Assembly: GCA_041666745.1 (NCBI GenBank)
Contig: JBAYGI010000001.1
Coordinates: 155,095 to 219,094 of the forward strand
DNA from: Candidatus Magasanikiibacteriota bacterium
GTDB taxonomy: Bacteria > Patescibacteriota > Patescibacteriia > Magasanikbacterales > GWA2-37-8
Direction: 5' to 3'
Length of the DNA stretch: 64,000 nucleotides
Shown: positions 46,719 to 55,975 of the stretch, one piece after another
How the letters are laid out: every line of letters begins with the position of its first letter
Position numbering within the stretch: position 1 is the first letter of the stretch
The notes under the pieces: model-generated
What the model saw: the letters and a program-made list of their open reading frames with translations, nothing else
What the model was told of the DNA's origin: nothing
Databases searched by the model: none
Position numbers and translations under genes: made by a program

Positions 46719-46778
46719 AGAAGTTTTAGAAAATTGTATGGTATAATACAATAAGTTTGATTTTTATTTTTAATTTAT

Positions 46779-47408
46779 ATGTCAAATATACCAACCAAAT
46801 CAGGCGGTGTAAAAAAAGCTATTTTAATAATTCTTGGCGCCATATTATTGTTTATAATATTTTGCGCTGGCTGTTTATTTACATTGGATAAACTTATAAA
46901 ACTGTCGGAACCAGCAGAGGGTTCAAAATGCTCGGATAGTTTGCCGTGCAAAAATGAATTAAAATGTATTGGTACGACTTGTTCATCCGGAAAGAAGGGA
47001 TCATATTGCGAATCAAAAACAGATTGTTCCACGCCGTATTGTGTGGAAAATGTTTGCAGAGAAGATATCAAAGTCGGTATTTATGTGGATGAAGAACCGA
47101 AAAATCCGAATAATTTGAAAAAGATAAAAATTGCTGTTATCACCGTTGGAATGACGGATGGAAATTTGACTGTGGATAATATTAAAGATGGTTTTTCAGC
47201 TGATATTGATCGTCTGAATAAAGCTTTGACTGAAATGAAAAAACGCCCAACATTGACACTTGTAGGCGAAAATGAAAGAACGATAAATGGCCAGCGGGTG
47301 ATAGCGATGGAAGCGTGGGAAGTGAAAAAAAATGAACCCAATTATGCTTATGCCGTAGTGCATGCGTTGGAGATGGAATTTGGTTTGAGAGCAGAAGTTG
47401 AACGGTAA
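46779..47408 (+). CDS. Membrane-anchored protein with small Cys-rich domain
   Basis: TM helix followed by CSDSLPC..CIGTTC..CESKTDCSTPYCVENVC. Confidence 0.75.
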   Translation: MSNIPTKSGGVKKAILIILGAILLFIIFCAGCLFTLDKLIKLSEPAEGSKCSDSLPCKNELKCIGTTCSSGKKGSYCESKTDCSTPYCVENVCREDIKVGIYVDEEPKNPNNLKKIKIAVITVGMTDGNLTVDNIKDGFSADIDRLNKALTEMKKRPTLTLVGENERTINGQRVIAMEAWEVKKNEPNYAYAVVHALEMEFGLRAEVER

Positions 47409-47455
47409 ATAAAAAAGTTGTATAATTAAAATGTATTTTTTAAAAATTATATTTT

Positions 47456-47806
47456 ATGCGTTTTAAAATTTGGCAGGCCGGTTTTTGGGGAAGTGTCTCT
47501 ACCTTTCTGTTGCTTGGCCTATACAAAGTAGTTAATGCCGCGACATTGCGCATCGCGTCGCTACCGGGTGTTTCTTATATGGGGCCACCTAACCCGCGCC
47601 ATTTAGATGGATTGATTTCTATTACAATACCAAGTCCTGCTTATGGTTCGGATGCTGGTGCTTCTTTGTGGAGTTATATTTGGCCTTTGCTTCTCGGTTT
47701 GGTAGTATTATTTATTTTCATCGTTGGTGTTGTCTCAATTATTTCTTTTATTGTTAGAAAAATTCGCGGTTGTTGTCAAAAGAAAAAAGGGGCGAGTAAA
47801 AAATAG
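47456..47806 (+). CDS. Small membrane protein with YMGPP and PAYG motifs (putative radical SAM substrate)
   Basis: Signal-like N-terminus, C-terminal TM, directly upstream of the radical SAM gene. Confidence 0.65.
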   Translation: MRFKIWQAGFWGSVSTFLLLGLYKVVNAATLRIASLPGVSYMGPPNPRHLDGLISITIPSPAYGSDAGASLWSYIWPLLLGLVVLFIFIVGVVSIISFIVRKIRGCCQKKKGASKK

Positions 47807-47809
47807 TGT

Positions 47810-48406
47810 GTGATGAATTTTGAATATTTTTACAAAACAATCGGATACGAATTAAATTCTTGGATTTTAGACATGTTGCGAAAACGGGGAGTGGTAATGC
47901 CTCCTCGTTTTGTTGCTTGGGATTCTACGCGACGGTGTAATTTGAATTGTGAACATTGTGGCGCGAAAAAGGAAATTTATCCCAAAGAATTATCCACGGA
48001 TGAAATAAAAATTGAACTCATTGAATTAATAAAAAAATACCGAAAAAAATGGCGTAGGAAAATAAAAATTGACTTGGGAGAAAATGCCGCTTATTTGGGG
48101 GAATATGATCACCAAGCGCGCATCCAACCGTTTTTTTGTCCAGTAGGATTTTCAACTTGTTGTATCGGCGCGGATGGCAATGTGCGTGGCTGTCCGGAAC
48201 AACCGGACACGGAATATTTCAGAGAAGGAAATATTTTACAAAAAAGTTTTAAAGAAATTTGGGAGAACGGATTTAAAAAATATCGTGATGATGAATATCT
48301 AAAAGATGATGTTTGCGCGCATTGCGAATATCACAAAAAATGTCGTGGCGGTTGTTGGGTGAATAAAGTCAAAGGAAAAATTTGCGCGGCGAAGGAATAT
48401 TGTTAA
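47810..48406 (+). pseudogene. Radical SAM/SPASM enzyme with an in-frame deletion of most of the TIM-barrel core
   Basis: CNLNCEHC..ELSTDEIK joins almost directly to the pre-SPASM region; no GGEP or TNG motif; SPASM cysteines intact. Confidence 0.65.
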
Positions 48407-48493
48407 TAAAATTGCATTTTGCGCTCATTTTTACAAAGTGGTATAATAATACTGTTAGTTTTAATTTAGTTAATATTAAGTAATATAAACTTT

Positions 48494-51421
48494 ATGGCCA
48501 TAATAAATTTTTTACGAAAGGCGAATGCATTCGCGCTTGTTTTTATGATTGTCATCGCAGTATTTTGTACTTTAGTTTTTGTTAAAATAACAAATGCTCA
48601 AGTAAAAGAGTGGAGCTTCGCTAATTGTACTGATACTGATGGTGGAACTGATTATTTTTTAAAAGGTGATTTTGCTTATGACACACTCCACAATGGGAAA
48701 GTCAATGGTCATGCTGGTGGAGTTGAAAAATGTGTTGGAAATGTGGTAGAAGAAAATATTTGTACGGATGATTCGCCAAAAATTACGAAATATACATGTC
48801 CAAATGGTTGCAAAGATGGCGCTTGTATTGCAGAAACAAAGCCTTTATGTACCGACTCCGACAATGGAAGGGATTATTTTGTAAAAGGGGAGTCAACGGA
48901 TTTTGGCGATACCAGAAAAGATGTTTGTTTTGATTCAAATACTGTTACGGAATTTTTTTGTGAGCAAGCGGCCGGTCAAACACGGCCATCTCGAGGAGCG
49001 GAACAGAAAAATTGTGAATACGGATGTGATGATGGAGCTTGTTTAACAGAGCCGATGGAAAAACCGGAAGAATTGCAGGATGTAAAAACATTTACGGTTT
49101 ATGCCGGTGTTGAAGTATATTATAAAAATTCAGAATTTGAAGTAAATGGAGCGGCGAGCGACCCAAAAACGAGCTTATCTGATTTGTTGGATATGCGTTG
49201 GTCTAAAATTTCCGGTCCAGCGGGTGGCAAGGTGTTGTTTAGCCAGGCAAAGTGTACGCCTTCCAATTGGATGGGGTTTTGCAAGACCACTATTTCTGCA
49301 ACTAAGGACGGAGTATATAAAATTCGACTGAAAGCTATAAATATTAAAAAAACCAGCTCTTATGATGACATCGCTTTGGTGTGGGATACAAAAGGTCCGG
49401 TGTTAAAGGAAGTCAAAAGAATTCCGGTTATTGGAAATGATCCAAATCCGACAGTTACAATTAATGTGTCAGCTATAAATTCCGTCAAACAAGTTTACAA
49501 CCGTTTCGGATATATTATCTATGGCGGCGCGTGCGCTGGCCATGATACTTCGGTCAAACAAGGAAATAATGCGATTGAGTTGTTAAAATTGGCTGATGGA
49601 ACATACGACGATTGTACTATTCAGGTGCAGGATATGGCTGGCAATTTGAGTAATGTTTTAAAAATTTCCAAATTCACCATTGACACTCAATCGCCGACTC
49701 CGCCGGAGATAAGTCAACCGGAAGATGATATTACCGACTCATCGTACATAATATCCGGCACGAAAGAAGCAGGAGCATCTGTGTGGTTGGGAAAAAAGCA
49801 GATAGTGAAACATGATGCAGGCACAAATTGGAAGTATAAAGTTAAATTGAATAGTGGGGAAAATAATTTTGGCATATTTACAGAAGATGAGGCGGGTAAT
49901 GATAGTCAAAAAGTTGTCTTAAATGTTGAAAAACAAAAACCGGTTTGTAACGCGTGGGCGTATGGCGCGTGGGGAAAGTGTGACGATAACCAGCAAATGC
50001 GTAAAATATTTTCTGCTTCTCCAAAAAATTGCGTTGGCGGAAAACCGGATGTGGCCAAAGATTGTAAAGCAGAAAAAAATAAACCATTGTGCGAGTCGTA
50101 TAATTATTCAACATGGAGCAAGTGTGTAAATAATAAACAGGTCAGGACTATTGAATCAACATTGCCGGATAATTGCCGTGGCGGGGAGTCGCCTGTTTTG
50201 AGTCAAATATGCGGTAAAGATGTTTGCGAGTCCGTAAATTACACGACATGGAGCAGCTGTGATAAAAATACTGGCAAGAAAACACGCAAAATTGAATCTA
50301 CTTCGCCAGCGGTTTGTGTTGTTGAAAAACCTGTATTGAGCACAGATTGCAACGGTTGTGAATCATTTAATTATTCCGTTTGGAGTTCCTGCGTAAATAA
50401 TAAACAGACCAGAACAGTTGAATCCACATTGCCTACGGATTGCAGTGGTGGTGTTCAGCCGGTGTTAAGTCAGACATGTGGTAAATCATCATGCGATTTT
50501 GTTTATTACACCACTTGGAGCGCTTGCGACAAAACTACAGGCAAACGAACGCGTCAAGTTGAATCAACGTCGCCAAAACTTTGTGTTCCGGAAAATCCGG
50601 AGTTGTCAAAAGATTGCAATGCTTGCGAATCATATAATTATTCTATGTGGAGCGCGTGCGTAAACAACACACAGACCAGAAATGTGGAATCAACTTTCCC
50701 ATCTGATTGCAGTGGTGGTGTTCAGCCGATAAAAAGTCGTGAATGTGGTAAGACCGCTTGCGATTTTACATATTACACAACATGGAGCGCCTGTGACAAA
50801 ACCACCGGCCAAAGAACACGAAAAGTAGAGTCAACTGTACCTGCGGTTTGTGTTGTGGATAAGCCATGGCTGACCAAAGATTGTAACGCTTGTGAATCAT
50901 ATAATTATTCTACGTGGAGTGCTTGCGTGAATAACACACAAAGCCGAACGATTGAATCCACTTTTCCATCGGATTGTAGCGGTGGAGCGCAACCACTATT
51001 GAGCCGAGAGTGTGGCAAGGAATTTTGTGACTATGTCTATTACACCACTTGGAGCAAATGCGATAAAAATACTGGCAAAAGAACACGTACAGTAGAATCT
51101 ACTTCACCGGCGGTTTGTGTTCCTGAAAATCCGTGGTTGTCAAAAGATTGTGATCTTTGTGAGTCATATAATTATTCGGCATGGAGCGCTTGTGATGGGA
51201 GCGGTGTTCAACACCATACAGTAGAATCAACATTTCCTGAAGATTGCTACGGTGGAGCCCAGCCGTCACTCACGCGCAATTGCGTAGCTTGCGATTCGTG
51301 GATTTATGGCACATGGGGCGCTTGCGCGAACGGTCAGCAGACCAGAACTGTAATGCCCGGCACAGCACTCCCTCTTAATTGTTGGGGTGGTTCGCCGTTG
51401 CTTTCGCAATCGTGCTTTTGA
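48494..51421 (+). CDS. Large secreted Cys-rich surface protein (CTDxDxG repeats, Ig-like domains, thrombospondin-like repeats)
   Basis: 975-aa ORF; CTDTDGG/CTDSDNG; YxxWSxC..QTR repeats. Confidence 0.85.
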   Translation: MAIINFLRKANAFALVFMIVIAVFCTLVFVKITNAQVKEWSFANCTDTDGGTDYFLKGDFAYDTLHNGKVNGHAGGVEKCVGNVVEENICTDDSPKITKYTCPNGCKDGACIAETKPLCTDSDNGRDYFVKGESTDFGDTRKDVCFDSNTVTEFFCEQAAGQTRPSRGAEQKNCEYGCDDGACLTEPMEKPEELQDVKTFTVYAGVEVYYKNSEFEVNGAASDPKTSLSDLLDMRWSKISGPAGGKVLFSQAKCTPSNWMGFCKTTISATKDGVYKIRLKAINIKKTSSYDDIALVWDTKGPVLKEVKRIPVIGNDPNPTVTINVSAINSVKQVYNRFGYIIYGGACAGHDTSVKQGNNAIELLKLADGTYDDCTIQVQDMAGNLSNVLKISKFTIDTQSPTPPEISQPEDDITDSSYIISGTKEAGASVWLGKKQIVKHDAGTNWKYKVKLNSGENNFGIFTEDEAGNDSQKVVLNVEKQKPVCNAWAYGAWGKCDDNQQMRKIFSASPKNCVGGKPDVAKDCKAEKNKPLCESYNYSTWSKCVNNKQVRTIESTLPDNCRGGESPVLSQICGKDVCESVNYTTWSSCDKNTGKKTRKIESTSPAVCVVEKPVLSTDCNGCESFNYSVWSSCVNNKQTRTVESTLPTDCSGGVQPVLSQTCGKSSCDFVYYTTWSACDKTTGKRTRQVESTSPKLCVPENPELSKDCNACESYNYSMWSACVNNTQTRNVESTFPSDCSGGVQPIKSRECGKTACDFTYYTTWSACDKTTGQRTRKVESTVPAVCVVDKPWLTKDCNACESYNYSTWSACVNNTQSRTIESTFPSDCSGGAQPLLSRECGKEFCDYVYYTTWSKCDKNTGKRTRTVESTSPAVCVPENPWLSKDCDLCESYNYSAWSACDGSGVQHHTVESTFPEDCYGGAQPSLTRNCVACDSWIYGTWGACANGQQTRTVMPGTALPLNCWGGSPLLSQSCF
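50090..51290 (+). repeat. 267-nt tandem repeat made of paired TSP1-like units
   Basis: CESYNYS units start at 50090, 50357, 50624, 50891 and 51158. Confidence 0.85.
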
Positions 51422-51479
51422 TCGCAATTTTAATTCAAAGGTCGAACAAAAAGATTAAAAAATAAATTACATATTAAGT

Positions 51480-51878
51480 ATGTTGAATTCAAAAAATAAA
51501 TTTTTAGCAACAATAGTTTTATTTTCCGGAGTTCTTTTATTGGTAGGCGCCGGTTGCGCCCAAAAAACAACTGCTCCAGCGCCAAAGAATGAAAGCGCGC
51601 CAGCTGTTGCCCCAGCAAAAGAAGAAACAGCAAAACCGGGGGACATCGGTAATATGACAGATGATATTTATGTAAAGATAACAGCTGATATGAATTACGC
51701 GCTTGGAAAGGGAGATCTAAAATATTCCGGAGATGAAGGATTCGCGAAATTATTGAAGGATAATGGCGTAACAAAAGAAAATTTTGATGCCTATACCACA
51801 GCATTGGAAAAAGATTCTACTCGCGCAGCCAGTTTGGGGATGAAAATTATGGAACGGCTTAAGGAATTGTCTAAGTAG
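51480..51878 (+). CDS. Lipoprotein
   Basis: Lipobox LLLVGAG-C. Confidence 0.8.
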   Translation: MLNSKNKFLATIVLFSGVLLLVGAGCAQKTTAPAPKNESAPAVAPAKEETAKPGDIGNMTDDIYVKITADMNYALGKGDLKYSGDEGFAKLLKDNGVTKENFDAYTTALEKDSTRAASLGMKIMERLKELSK

Positions 51879-51890
51879 TAGATAATGGAA

Positions 51891-51930
51891 ATAGGTAAAA
51901 GCGAAGTAAATTCACTTCGCTTTTACCTAT
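51891..51930. terminator. Perfect 17-bp-arm hairpin (terminator or stabiliser)
   Basis: ataggtaaaagcgaagt-aaattc-acttcgcttttacctat. Confidence 0.65.
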
Positions 51931-51957
51931 AAAATATTTTAGAATAATTTTTTTAGT

Positions 51958-54207
51958 ATGAAATATAAAAAATCCAAAAATAACAAATTTAAGCATTCTA
52001 AATTTATTATTTTTGGATTTCTTGCAATTTTTGTTAGTGTTTTAATTATTTGGGGAGTTGTCCGGGCGCAAATCGCGCGCGATGCGATTACTTTTGTCAA
52101 GCATTATAGAATTCAGGACTGGTCGGAAGCCAGAGGTGTTTTGCAAACCAAAGATGGCGGTTATATTTTAACCGGTTATGGGAATTCTGACAAACTCAGT
52201 GTCTTGTCGGATATTGACGCTTTTATTACCAAAGTTAACGCGCAAGGCAACCATCAATGGACCAAACTTTTTCAATCATTCAATTCGGTTAGAATTGACA
52301 AAGGTGTCGGCGGATCCGCCAAAAAGGGTGATGAATATGGCCGTGAAATTGTTGAGCTCACAGACGGCGGTTTTTTGATGGCCAGTCAAGGGACAGGATT
52401 TGTTGACAGCAAGTATTTAAAATTAAAAGAAAAATGGGATGATGTTTTTTTAACTAAATTTGACAAACAAGGCAAACATCTTTGGACAAAAATGATTGGC
52501 AATTACTCCACCGATAGTGTTCATAAAGTTTTCGCCACCGAAGACGGCGGATTTTTATTTTCCGGCTATTCTACCGCCACCGGTTATGGCAAAAAAACAG
52601 CGCCAACTTATTTTATTTTGGCTAAATTTGATAAAAACGGAACAAAAGAATGGTCAAAAATGGCGGATATGACTAATGCGGATATTGAACCATTGACCGA
52701 AGGTGGTTTTATCGCCATAGGCAGTGTCAAAACCGCGGGCAGAGAAAGTAGTACGGCGGAAAAATTTGAGGATACATCCATACCGGTAGCTATTAAATTT
52801 GATTCAAATTTTGGAATTGAATGGTCAAAAAGTTTAGAAATTGTGCCGTTGGAAGAATCAATTTATACGATAGATGAGGCCGGACACACTCATATGAAAT
52901 ACAGAACGAAGCGAAGTTCGGCCGGTAAACTTTTCGCTATCAAGCAAACGGCCGATGGCTATATGGCGTTAGGTTTTCTTTCCCCGATTTTATCCGCCGG
53001 TTCCATTTGGTCCACGCCGGCCGGAAAATATTCATTGATGGCTGTCAAAATTAATAATTTCGGCGAACTGCAATGGGCAAAGGCGATAAAATTGGGCTTG
53101 CAATATGGCCAGCAATTTAATAATGATGTGAGCTTGACAAAAATAATCAAGACAACCGACAATGGTTTTGTTTTTAAATTGGATTATCTTCCACCACCGC
53201 GAAGCGACCAAGAAAATAAAACAGAAATGGTTGATGAAAAATTAAAAGAATTAAATGATTTGTGCGAAAGCAAAAATAGAGTACAGGATTGCGAGAATGG
53301 AAAAATAACCAATGATCCGGAAATTCTTTTGGCATGGGAAAATTATATTAAAACCGCCAAAAGTTTTGACACTACTTTAAACAACGGAATTTTGTTGGTG
53401 AAAACAGACGCGGATTTTAATCCGCAGTGGTCAAAAAAGATTAGCTTGGAGGATTATATCTACGGCTATGGAATAGCGCCAACTTCAGACGACGGCTTGA
53501 TTATTTCCGGCAGTTACAATACATCTATTTTAAATTACAGTTGGAGCATGGGGCAGGGTTATTTTCTGGACACTTTGCTGATGAAATTGGATGTCAACGG
53601 TAATGTCGCGAATAACCAAGGAATGATTGCCGATTACACAGATTTGTCCATCAAAGATGTTGGTTCTTTTCTCGCGCTAAAAGATTTTGCGCCGGTAGTG
53701 AAAAATTTAGTTTTAAAAATTGATAAAAAAGTACAGCCGAAGACGCCGGTTTTGAAAACAAAAGTCATGGATATTTACGCCACGGCTGTAAACCAAGTTG
53801 AGCCGGCCGGCTCCGGAAGTTTGCCAAAAGTTTTTCCCGCTCAAATTCCACCGATAACAAAAACATGGGCGGAGATAAACTTCGCGAATATGGCCAATAC
53901 CGTAGATATTAAACCGATTTATAAAACAGCGATTCAAGTCAACCAAGAACTCTCACCCATCCTTAATCAAATATTTTCCGGCGAGGTGAAATTGAAACCG
54001 GATGTTTCCGGCGGTTTGGAATATGTTTTTGGAAGATTGGTAAACGATAGCGACAAAACAGCGGTGCAAAAATATCTGGAAGGAATTGGATACAAAACAT
54101 ATTTAGCCGAAGGCGATCAATTGGTGATGATGAAAGTGGGCAGGACGCTGACGGTCACTTTTTCATTTGCGGATAAGACGCTGGGTGGGTTGTATGTGAC
54201 TTATTAA
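51958..54207 (+). CDS. Secreted beta-propeller protein (TxDGG repeats), paralog A
   Basis: Repeated TxDGGY/F..KxDxxG..W.K blades. Confidence 0.8.
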   Translation: MKYKKSKNNKFKHSKFIIFGFLAIFVSVLIIWGVVRAQIARDAITFVKHYRIQDWSEARGVLQTKDGGYILTGYGNSDKLSVLSDIDAFITKVNAQGNHQWTKLFQSFNSVRIDKGVGGSAKKGDEYGREIVELTDGGFLMASQGTGFVDSKYLKLKEKWDDVFLTKFDKQGKHLWTKMIGNYSTDSVHKVFATEDGGFLFSGYSTATGYGKKTAPTYFILAKFDKNGTKEWSKMADMTNADIEPLTEGGFIAIGSVKTAGRESSTAEKFEDTSIPVAIKFDSNFGIEWSKSLEIVPLEESIYTIDEAGHTHMKYRTKRSSAGKLFAIKQTADGYMALGFLSPILSAGSIWSTPAGKYSLMAVKINNFGELQWAKAIKLGLQYGQQFNNDVSLTKIIKTTDNGFVFKLDYLPPPRSDQENKTEMVDEKLKELNDLCESKNRVQDCENGKITNDPEILLAWENYIKTAKSFDTTLNNGILLVKTDADFNPQWSKKISLEDYIYGYGIAPTSDDGLIISGSYNTSILNYSWSMGQGYFLDTLLMKLDVNGNVANNQGMIADYTDLSIKDVGSFLALKDFAPVVKNLVLKIDKKVQPKTPVLKTKVMDIYATAVNQVEPAGSGSLPKVFPAQIPPITKTWAEINFANMANTVDIKPIYKTAIQVNQELSPILNQIFSGEVKLKPDVSGGLEYVFGRLVNDSDKTAVQKYLEGIGYKTYLAEGDQLVMMKVGRTLTVTFSFADKTLGGLYVTY

Positions 54208-54278
54208 ACAAAATGGTGCAATATGAATGTCGTTAATCGTTTTGTTGATATTAACAAAACGATTGAAATAAAAAACAT

Positions 54279-54806
54279 ATGTATATAATAAGAAAAGCAT
54301 TGCATAGTGATGTCGACAAAATTTTGGACGTACTTAATTCAGTACTTTTACAAAATTTACCATCAAAGAATAATGGCTTTTTGACCTACAACCCAGGAAA
54401 AAGATTTTATAAAAAACTTATAGAAATTGCGGATTTTGTTTATGTTGTCTGTTACAAAAAAGACATCATCGGATTTTTAGTAGCTTATCCAAGCTCCATG
54501 CTTAATCCCAAAGATGAAATACAAAAATTTCTCATTAATCATTACAAAAAAGAAGAATTTATTTACATATTCCAATTAGCCGTTACTCCGAAGTATCATC
54601 GAAATGGGATCGGCAAAAAATTATACAAGCAGCTCTTTATGGATGCAAAAAAGATAAAAAAAATTGTTGTAACTTCTGCAGTACCGTATAATCGTGCTTC
54701 TGAAAAATTTAATTTGATATTAGGTTTTACTAAAAAAGGAAAAATTTTGAGATCTGACGGGGGTTCAAATTTTGTTTATGAAAACATAAAAAATTACATC
54801 CGATAA
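54279..54806 (+). CDS. GNAT acetyltransferase
   Basis: QLAVTPKYHRNGIGKKLY; NRASEKFNLILGF. Confidence 0.85.
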   Translation: MYIIRKALHSDVDKILDVLNSVLLQNLPSKNNGFLTYNPGKRFYKKLIEIADFVYVVCYKKDIIGFLVAYPSSMLNPKDEIQKFLINHYKKEEFIYIFQLAVTPKYHRNGIGKKLYKQLFMDAKKIKKIVVTSAVPYNRASEKFNLILGFTKKGKILRSDGGSNFVYENIKNYIR

Positions 54807-54870
54807 CTAATTACATCCAAAAATATCTACACAACAAAAAAATCCTTAATTTTCGTTAAGGATTTTTAAT

Positions 54871-55260
54871 TTACAGTTCTATGTTTTTTACCAATTCTTT
54901 AAGCTCTATTGGCACAGGTCCGGTTGTTATGGTTTCTTTAATTTCTTTCAAATCAGCGTCGTTTAGTCGTCCAATGCTGTCCATAATATAATCTCTGCCA
55001 AAATCTTGTCCCGGTTGGTGGAAGTGAGCCAGCCGGTCTCTGTACTCGTTTGTTGTTAGTTGCACAAAACAGTATAGAGGAGAATCGGCTATTTTAACAT
55101 TGCTCAATGCGCCTTGATTTTGTCTTTTGAGATAAAGTCGGTTGATAGCTTCGCCATCTGCGCGGTTTAAGATTTTTGCCAAATAAATTATCTCTTCTGT
55201 CGCGGCGAGATAAACATACTCTAATTCTTTGTATTTTATAACTTCTCCAAAAGTAACCAT
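54871..55260 (-). CDS. Hypothetical protein, candidate toxin partner of the Panacea antitoxin
   Basis: Begins 7 nt downstream of the Panacea gene on the same strand. Confidence 0.6.
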   Translation of the reverse strand: MVTFGEVIKYKELEYVYLAATEEIIYLAKILNRADGEAINRLYLKRQNQGALSNVKIADSPLYCFVQLTTNEYRDRLAHFHQPGQDFGRDYIMDSIGRLNDADLKEIKETITTGPVPIELKELVKNIEL

Positions 55261-55267
55261 ATCAGCC

Positions 55268-55807
55268 CTAATTTAATGTATTTAATAATTCCAGTTCTTC
55301 TTTTGTCATCTTACAATCATCATCTTCCGCCGCTAAAGTATAAGGTATGTCTTCAAGCAGGTCTGTTTTTTTCCAAGGCGCTTCGTCATGCGACGCGTTT
55401 TCTATGTATTGAGTATTTTTGTCGCCAAATTTTAAGCACACTTTTTGCATTGTCTCAAGTTCTGTTTTTGAGAAATATTTTTCATCATTTTTAGTAAATT
55501 GACGATAGGCGATAATTCTTTGCATGTCGCTTCCTTTCGGTCGTTCAATTTTGATAGTATCCGCGAATAGGGAGCTGTCAATATCATTAGCGACATCATC
55601 AACTAAATTTTTTATTACGGAAGGTATGGGTCCGTGTTCAAGATGTACATAATTATCATATGTAACCGGCGTGCCGTAGTTTTTTAGATGGATAAAATCC
55701 AGAAAGTAAAATAGTTTCATTAATTTTGTTTTACCTAAAAATTTTCTATCAGTATTACTGCAGAAGTAAAGTAGTATTGCCTTTAATTTTGGTATAGGTA
55801 TTTTCAT
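55268..55807 (-). CDS. Panacea/SocA (DUF4065) antitoxin
   Basis: KTKLMKLFYFLD..YG..HGPIP; SHDEAPW. Confidence 0.85.
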   Translation of the reverse strand: MKIPIPKLKAILLYFCSNTDRKFLGKTKLMKLFYFLDFIHLKNYGTPVTYDNYVHLEHGPIPSVIKNLVDDVANDIDSSLFADTIKIERPKGSDMQRIIAYRQFTKNDEKYFSKTELETMQKVCLKFGDKNTQYIENASHDEAPWKKTDLLEDIPYTLAAEDDDCKMTKEELELLNTLN

Positions 55808-55975
55808 ATGTTTGAGATTGATTACCTTATCATATCGGCAACCTGCTGTCAATATTATTATATCACAGTATTGGCATATCAACCAATTTCAGCGGGTGGA
55901 CGAGAAGGGTGTCTATTTTGTGTTGGTTTGTATAAAGTGATATAATAAAAGAGCTAAATTTGACTCAGTTTAAAT

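Noticed and set aside
50090-51290. CRISPR array or DGR template/variable repeat
   Set aside because: The repeats are in-frame coding units with differences not restricted to adenines; no cas gene or reverse transcriptase in the window
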